Assembly: GCF_035348955.1 (NCBI RefSeq)
Contig: NZ_DAOPRM010000002.1
Direction: 5' to 3' (one strand)
DNA length: 64,000 nucleotides
DNA from: Ottowia sp.
GTDB lineage: Bacteria; Pseudomonadota; Gammaproteobacteria; Burkholderiales; Burkholderiaceae_C
Shown here one piece after another: positions 60,082 through 64,000 of the stretch. Each line of letters starts with the position of its first letter. Within the stretch, counting starts at the first letter, position 1. A program made the translations under genes and the position numbers. The notes beneath the pieces are model-generated. The model saw nothing but the letters and a program-made list of their open reading frames with translations. It was not told the origin of the DNA and searched no databases.

Positions 60082-60205
60082 TCCGCAGCTCTTGTATTCC
60101 GCACCGGCTCAGCCGGCTGGCGATGCCGGAGAGTCCGAAATGCGTTCCTTGGCGGTCATTCCTTCGAGCCACACTACCGGCAGATATGGGTCGAAAGCGC
60201 CCTAG

Positions 60206-61210
60206 CTACGAGCCCCCGGCGGGCGTGCGAATCGCCGTGCGCTCGCGCCACAGCGTGGTCACGCGGCGCGTGGAGGGGTCGCGCTGCACCACCGACACTT
60301 CTTCCACCGCCAGCTGGTCCAGCCGCAGCCGGCCGCGCACCTCGAAGAAGCGGCTGCCGACGGCGGTCCAGCTGGCGTCGGCCTCGCCCGTGGCGACCTG
60401 GGCGATGGCGCTGGCGGCGTTGCGCAGGTAGGCGCGGTCGCGCTCGCCCACCAGGCGCTGCGCGGCCGCCAGGTCCAGCCCCGGCACCGCCGCGTAGATG
60501 ACCTGCGCGCTGGCGGTGTTGACGTTGACCAGCGTCGGCGCCTGCCCCTGCAAGGGCAGCACGGTGACGTAAGGCCGCAGCGCCGCCAGCGTGGCGGGCG
60601 ACACGCCCACCCACACCAGCTGGTCGAAGCGGCGCGGCAGCAGCGGCGCGTCGCCGCCCTCGCTGGCGCTGGCGGTCATGGCGGCCTGGGCGCGCGCCAG
60701 GTTGCGCTGCAGCGCGCCCAGCTCGGCCGACGGCAGGCCCAGCAGTTCAAACAGGCGCTGAAACCGCAGCAGCGCCTTCATGCGCGCGTCGGGGTCGGTC
60801 AGCGTCAGGTTCATGGCGTTCAGGCGCGACTGCAGGTCGACGATCTGTCCCGACAGGAAGGCGTCGCGCTCGATGTCGCCGGCGCTGGCCTCGCCCGCCG
60901 CCAGAAAGGTGGACAGCCGCGCCTCGGCCAGCGGCACCGCCCACGGCTCGCCCAGGTGGTCGACCGCGCCCGATTCGCGCAGGTCGCCCGCCAGAATCAG
61001 CCGGCTCCAGTCCAGCGCGCCCGACAGCAGCCAGGCCGACTGCCCGCGCGTGCGCTCGGCGGCCTCCACCTCGACCCCGCGCCACTGGCGCCACAGCGCG
61101 CCGGCCGCCAGCGTGGCGACCAGCACCACGGTGAGCATCGCCGCTAGCAGCGCCGCGCCGGTCTGGCGGTGCGCGGTCTGGCGGGTGCGGACAGGCGGGC
61201 GGCGCGGCAT
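60206..61210 (-). CDS. gspK: Minor pseudopilin GspK
   Basis: RQTG|AALLAAML, DHLGEPWA.PL, DLQSRLN, VNVNTAS. Confidence 0.9.
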   Translation of the reverse strand: MPRRPPVRTRQTAHRQTGAALLAAMLTVVLVATLAAGALWRQWRGVEVEAAERTRGQSAWLLSGALDWSRLILAGDLRESGAVDHLGEPWAVPLAEARLSTFLAAGEASAGDIERDAFLSGQIVDLQSRLNAMNLTLTDPDARMKALLRFQRLFELLGLPSAELGALQRNLARAQAAMTASASEGGDAPLLPRRFDQLVWVGVSPATLAALRPYVTVLPLQGQAPTLVNVNTASAQVIYAAVPGLDLAAAQRLVGERDRAYLRNAASAIAQVATGEADASWTAVGSRFFEVRGRLRLDQLAVEEVSVVQRDPSTRRVTTLWRERTAIRTPAGGS

Positions 61211-61956
61211 CACGAGCCCCCCACGAAGTCGGGCCGCACCCAGTCGATCACCAGCGGCCCGGCCAGCGGCTGGCCGGGCGCCAGGGTGAGGAACAGGCGC
61301 ACGCCGTCCGGCAGCACGCGCGTGTCGGCGCCCGACGGCGCGCCGCTGGACAGCGGGTGGGTCCAGGCGTTCTGGCGGAAGTAGTGCAGTTGCCAGTCCA
61401 GCGCGGCGGCCACGGTGACCGCCTGCGCGCCGCCCGGCAGTGCGCCGGTGGCGGCGTCGCCGCCCTGGCCCCACGCCGCGGCCGCGTCCCAGGCGCTGGC
61501 CCACGCCGCCTGCGACAGCACCGGCGCCGACTGCCAGCGCTGCCACTGCCCGCCGGTGCTGCGGCGCGTCCACGCCACCACGCGCAGCCCCGCCGCCGCA
61601 TCGCCCGCGGCGGTGCGGGTGATGCGCAGCGTGTGCCCGTCCCACGCCAGGCTGCGCTGCAGCGCGGGCGGCGGCTGTGCGGTCGGCGAATCGGCGGCAG
61701 CGGCCGGCCACGTCATCATCGCGTCCAGATCGGTGCGCCACTGCGCCAGCCCCGCCTGCGTCGCCAACACCTCGTCCGTGTACCGCCGCGTCGCGTCCTG
61801 CGCCCGCAACATCCCGTCGATCCCGCGCCAGCTCAGCACCGCGATCACCGCCATGATCGTCAGCGCGACCAGCACTTCGATCAAGGTAAAGCCGCGCGAT
61901 TTTTTCAAGCTAAATACGGCCTCAGCGCTTTCCAAATCGGCGCACTCAGCTATCAA
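61210..61956 (-). CDS. gspJ: Minor pseudopilin GspJ; start uncertain (TTG 61956 or TTG 62286)
   Basis: SRG|FTLIEVLVAL, SWRGIDGM, QWRTDLD, LPDGVRL. Confidence 0.85.
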   Translation of the reverse strand: MIAECADLESAEAVFSLKKSRGFTLIEVLVALTIMAVIAVLSWRGIDGMLRAQDATRRYTDEVLATQAGLAQWRTDLDAMMTWPAAAADSPTAQPPPALQRSLAWDGHTLRITRTAAGDAAAGLRVVAWTRRSTGGQWQRWQSAPVLSQAAWASAWDAAAAWGQGGDAATGALPGGAQAVTVAAALDWQLHYFRQNAWTHPLSSGAPSGADTRVLPDGVRLFLTLAPGQPLAGPLVIDWVRPDFVGGS

Positions 61957-61965
61957 AACCGTAGT
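61901..61965 (-). repeat. Family B motif forming the gspJ leader
   Basis: rc actacggttttgatagc-tgagt-gcgc-cgatttggaaa-gcgc-tgaggccgtatttagcttgaaa. Confidence 0.8.
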
Positions 61966-61988
61966 TTCGCCACCCGCCACCCCCCATC

Positions 61989-62280
61989 GCGGCCGCGCAG
62001 CAGGCCGCCCCAAACGGCCGCGGAGCAGGCCACGCGCGAACGCCGTCGCCGGACCTGCGCCGGCGACTGGCGTTGTCCCCCTGGGGGGATGGCGCCGAAG
62101 GCGATCTGGAACCTGCTCGAAGCCCCGGCGCGAGGCGGATGGGATGCGGCTTGGGATGGGATGCCAGGCGCGATTCGCCGCCAATGGCTCGTGCCATTGG
62201 CAAGAATCGCAACGCCGCAGCCCGCCCAAGTCCGCGCCCAGCCGTCCGCGGCGGGGCTTCGAGCAGGTTCCCAGGGGGGG
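61989..62280 (-). repeat. Family A repeat (interrupted by a MITE) after gspI stop
   Basis: Near-identical to the 62900-63041 and 63563-63689 copies. Confidence 0.8.
62108..62271. mobile_element. 164-bp MITE-like element with 20-bp perfect terminal inverted repeats
   Basis: GGAACCTGCTCGAAGCCCCG ... CGGGGCTTCGAGCAGGTTCC; splits a family A copy at ccccctg|ag. Confidence 0.75.
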
Positions 62281-62282
62281 CC

Positions 62283-62687
62283 TCAATTCCTCCCCACAAT
62301 CGTAGAAAGCTGCAACACCGGCACGCCCCCCTCGCTGACCGCCGCCTCGACGCGCCGGAAGTTGGGGTTGGGCGTGGGCCGCACGATCTGCGCCACCTGA
62401 AACTGCCGCCCCGCCTGCGGGCATTCGACCACGCTGTCGCCCACGCCCGGCAACTGGCGCGCCAGCCGCAACTCGGTCAGCCGGTTCTCGGCGCAAATCT
62501 GCGCCAGCAGCACCGTGGCCTGCCGCCCCGCGTTGTCCGTCAGCGCCGACGTGGCCTTCAACCCCGCCGTCAGCGCAATCGCCGTGATGGCCAGCGCCAC
62601 CAGCACCTCGACCAGCGTGAAGCCGCGTGCTCGATGAGCGCCTGATGCCCCGTCAGCCCGCAATGGACAAGCGCGGAACGCTATCAA
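62283..62687 (-). CDS. gspI: Minor pseudopilin GspI; start uncertain (TTG 62687 up to ATG 63032)
   Basis: ARG|FTLVEVLVALAI, AQICAENRL, PTPNPNFRRV. Confidence 0.88.
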   Translation of the reverse strand: MIAFRACPLRADGASGAHRARGFTLVEVLVALAITAIALTAGLKATSALTDNAGRQATVLLAQICAENRLTELRLARQLPGVGDSVVECPQAGRQFQVAQIVRPTPNPNFRRVEAAVSEGGVPVLQLSTIVGRN

Positions 62688-62696
62688 AACAGGATT
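62634..62696 (-). repeat. Family B motif forming the gspI leader
   Basis: rc aatcctgttttgatagc-gttcc-gcgc-ttgtccattgc-gggc-tgacggggcatcagg. Confidence 0.75.
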
Positions 62697-62740
62697 GCAG
62701 TCGATGCCACGCCATGACCGACGCTCGCTTGGGCGGTGGG

Positions 62741-62845
62741 CTCCTGCCCCCGCTGGGGGAAGGCTGGGATAGGGGCTGACCATCTTCGAGAAATCCCCCG
62801 TGGCGGGCCCCCACCCCAACCCTCCCCCAACGGGGGAGGGAGGAA
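62741..62845. repeat. Inverted pair of CCCCC..GGGGG hairpin repeats (family E)
   Basis: ctcctgcccccgctgggggaaggctgggataggggc ... gcccccaccccaaccctcccccaacgggggagggagg. Confidence 0.65.
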
Positions 62846-62899
62846 GAAACGTCGGATGGTTTTTGCAGACAGCCATGACCGAACCCTTCGCGCCCACCG

Positions 62900-63041
62900 G
62901 CGGCCGCGCAGCAGGCCGCCCCCAAAGGCCGCGGAGCAGGCCACGCCAGAACGCCGTCGCCGGACCTGCGCCGGCGCCTAGCGTTGTCCCCCTGGGGGGA
63001 TGGCGCCGCAGGCGACTCAGGGGGGATGTCATCTCAGGGGG
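62900..63041 (-). repeat. Family A repeat after gspH stop, with a ~16-bp tandem duplication of its 5' end
   Basis: rc atgacatccccctgag-atgacatcccccctgagtcgcctgcggcgcc... Confidence 0.8.
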
Positions 63042-63044
63042 ATG

Positions 63045-63515
63045 TCATCTGACTTCAAAAGGCCGCAGCCCATCGCTCACGACCTCCAGCGTGGCCGCGC
63101 CGTCGCCCGCCGCGCCCAGCAGCACCACCGCCTGCGCGTCGATGATGGGGTCAGGCCCCAGCCGCAGCGCGGCGTTGCCCACGGTGCGCGTGCGGGTGTC
63201 CAGCCAGTGCGTGGGCAGCGGCGGGCCGCCGGGCGGCAGGCCGTCCCACGCAAAGCCGGTGGCGGTGGCGCGCCAGGTGATCGGCACGCCGGCCGCCCGC
63301 GACTGCGCCCGCGCCGATTCCAGCAGCGCCGCCAGCCGGTCGGCCTCGCGCGCCAGGGCGCTCGCCCCGCTGTCGCGCAGCGCCAGGCTGGCCACGGCCG
63401 TGCCGATGGCGATGACGGCAATCACCACCATCAACTCCAGCAGGGTGAAACCGCGCCGGTTCTTCAAGCAAAAATGGCCTGGAGCGCTGGAGGGATAAGC
63501 GCGAGCAGCTATCAA
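63045..63515 (-). CDS. gspH: Minor pseudopilin GspH; start uncertain (TTG 63515 or TTG/GTG ~63539)
   Basis: RRG|FTLLELMVVIAVI, READRLAALLESARA.SR, LGPDPII, SDGLRPF. Confidence 0.88.
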   Translation of the reverse strand: MIAARAYPSSAPGHFCLKNRRGFTLLELMVVIAVIAIGTAVASLALRDSGASALAREADRLAALLESARAQSRAAGVPITWRATATGFAWDGLPPGGPPLPTHWLDTRTRTVGNAALRLGPDPIIDAQAVVLLGAAGDGAATLEVVSDGLRPFEVR

Positions 63516-63524
63516 AAAAGCAGT
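63461..63524 (-). repeat. Family B motif forming the gspH leader
   Basis: rc actgcttttttgatagc-tgctc-gcgc-ttatccctcca-gcgc-tccaggccatttttgcttgaag. Confidence 0.8.
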
Positions 63525-63562
63525 ATCTTTCGCCACCAACCGACACCCCCCTTCCCAATCAG

Positions 63563-63689
63563 CGCGGCCGCGCAGCAGGCCGCCCCCAATGGCCGCGGAG
63601 CAGGCCACGCCAGAACGCCGTCGCCGGACCTGCGCCGGCGACTGGCGTTGTCCCCCTGGGGGGATGGCGCCGGAGGCGACTCAGGGGGG
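63563..63689 (-). repeat. Family A repeat after gspG stop
   Basis: rc cccccctgagtcgcctccggcgccatccccccagggggacaacgcc..ggcctgctccgcggcc. Confidence 0.85.
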
Positions 63690-63697
63690 AACATCTA

Positions 63698-64000
63698 CTA
63701 CCAGGAGCCGACGTCCGCGTTCTTGCCCTCGCCGCCGCTGGCGCCGTCGGCGCCGAAGCTCATCACGTCCACCTCGCCCTTGACGCCCGGGTTCAGGTAC
63801 TGGTAGGGCCGGCCCCAGGGATCGTTGGGCAGCTTTTCGAGGTAGGGCTTCCAGTTGGTGGGCACGGGCGGGGCGGTGGGGCGCTGCACCAGCGCCTGCA
63901 GGCCCTGTTCGGCGCTCGGAAAGCGCTGGTTGTCCAGCTTGTAGAGCTTGAGCGCCTGCATGATGTTGTTGACGTCGGTGCGGGCGGCGGTGGCGCGGGC
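63698..64000 (-). CDS. gspG: Major pseudopilin GspG, C-terminal part (5'-truncated)
   Basis: ALKLYKLDN.RFP..EQGL.ALV, YLEKLPNDPWG.PYQY.NPG, S.GADG..GGEG.NAD.GSW. Confidence 0.95.
   Translation of the reverse strand, partial: ARATAARTDVNNIMQALKLYKLDNQRFPSAEQGLQALVQRPTAPPVPTNWKPYLEKLPNDPWGRPYQYLNPGVKGEVDVMSFGADGASGGEGKNADVGSW

Noticed and set aside
61989-63689. Three near-identical repeats as a possible CRISPR array
   Set aside because: Units exceed 100 bp and are separated by whole genes; no constant-length spacers and no cas genes.

Overview
GC-rich betaproteobacterial DNA; gene content and synteny suggest Comamonadaceae (inference). From left to right: (1) housekeeping genes (ychF, alkB, dusB-fis-purH, hemL, thiD-like, rubredoxin); (2) a Pil-Chp chemosensory operon (pilGHIJ-chpA) followed by yqgE-ruvX-pyrR-pyrB-pyrC'-acyltransferase; (3) divergent Fe3+ ABC ATPase and permease genes; (4) a complete sulfur-oxidation cluster (ArsR regulator, flavocytochrome c, YeeE/YedE, soxH-like, soxCDYZAXB); (5) a BrnTA toxin-antitoxin pair; (6) a type II secretion cluster (gspG-H-I-J-K / L-M-N-D-E) split by a ~10 kb kdp island of unusual layout (kdpF, peptide, kdpA-C-B, peptide, TorF-like porin, kdpD-E). 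The most striking signal is two dispersed DNA element families. Family B is a ~63 bp fixed-spacing motif (GCT-N11-AGC-N5-GCGC-N11-GCGC-tail, 14 copies) that also lies in-frame inside purH, soxB and gspL and forms identical-register 22-codon leaders on three pseudopilins. Family A is a ~100 bp multi-hairpin element (10 copies) that always sits sense-oriented just after a stop codon and often carries short ORFs bridging adjacent genes by start/stop overlaps. I recognised no rRNA, tRNA, CRISPR array, integrase or transposase. All product calls come from motif recognition by eye, not database searches.
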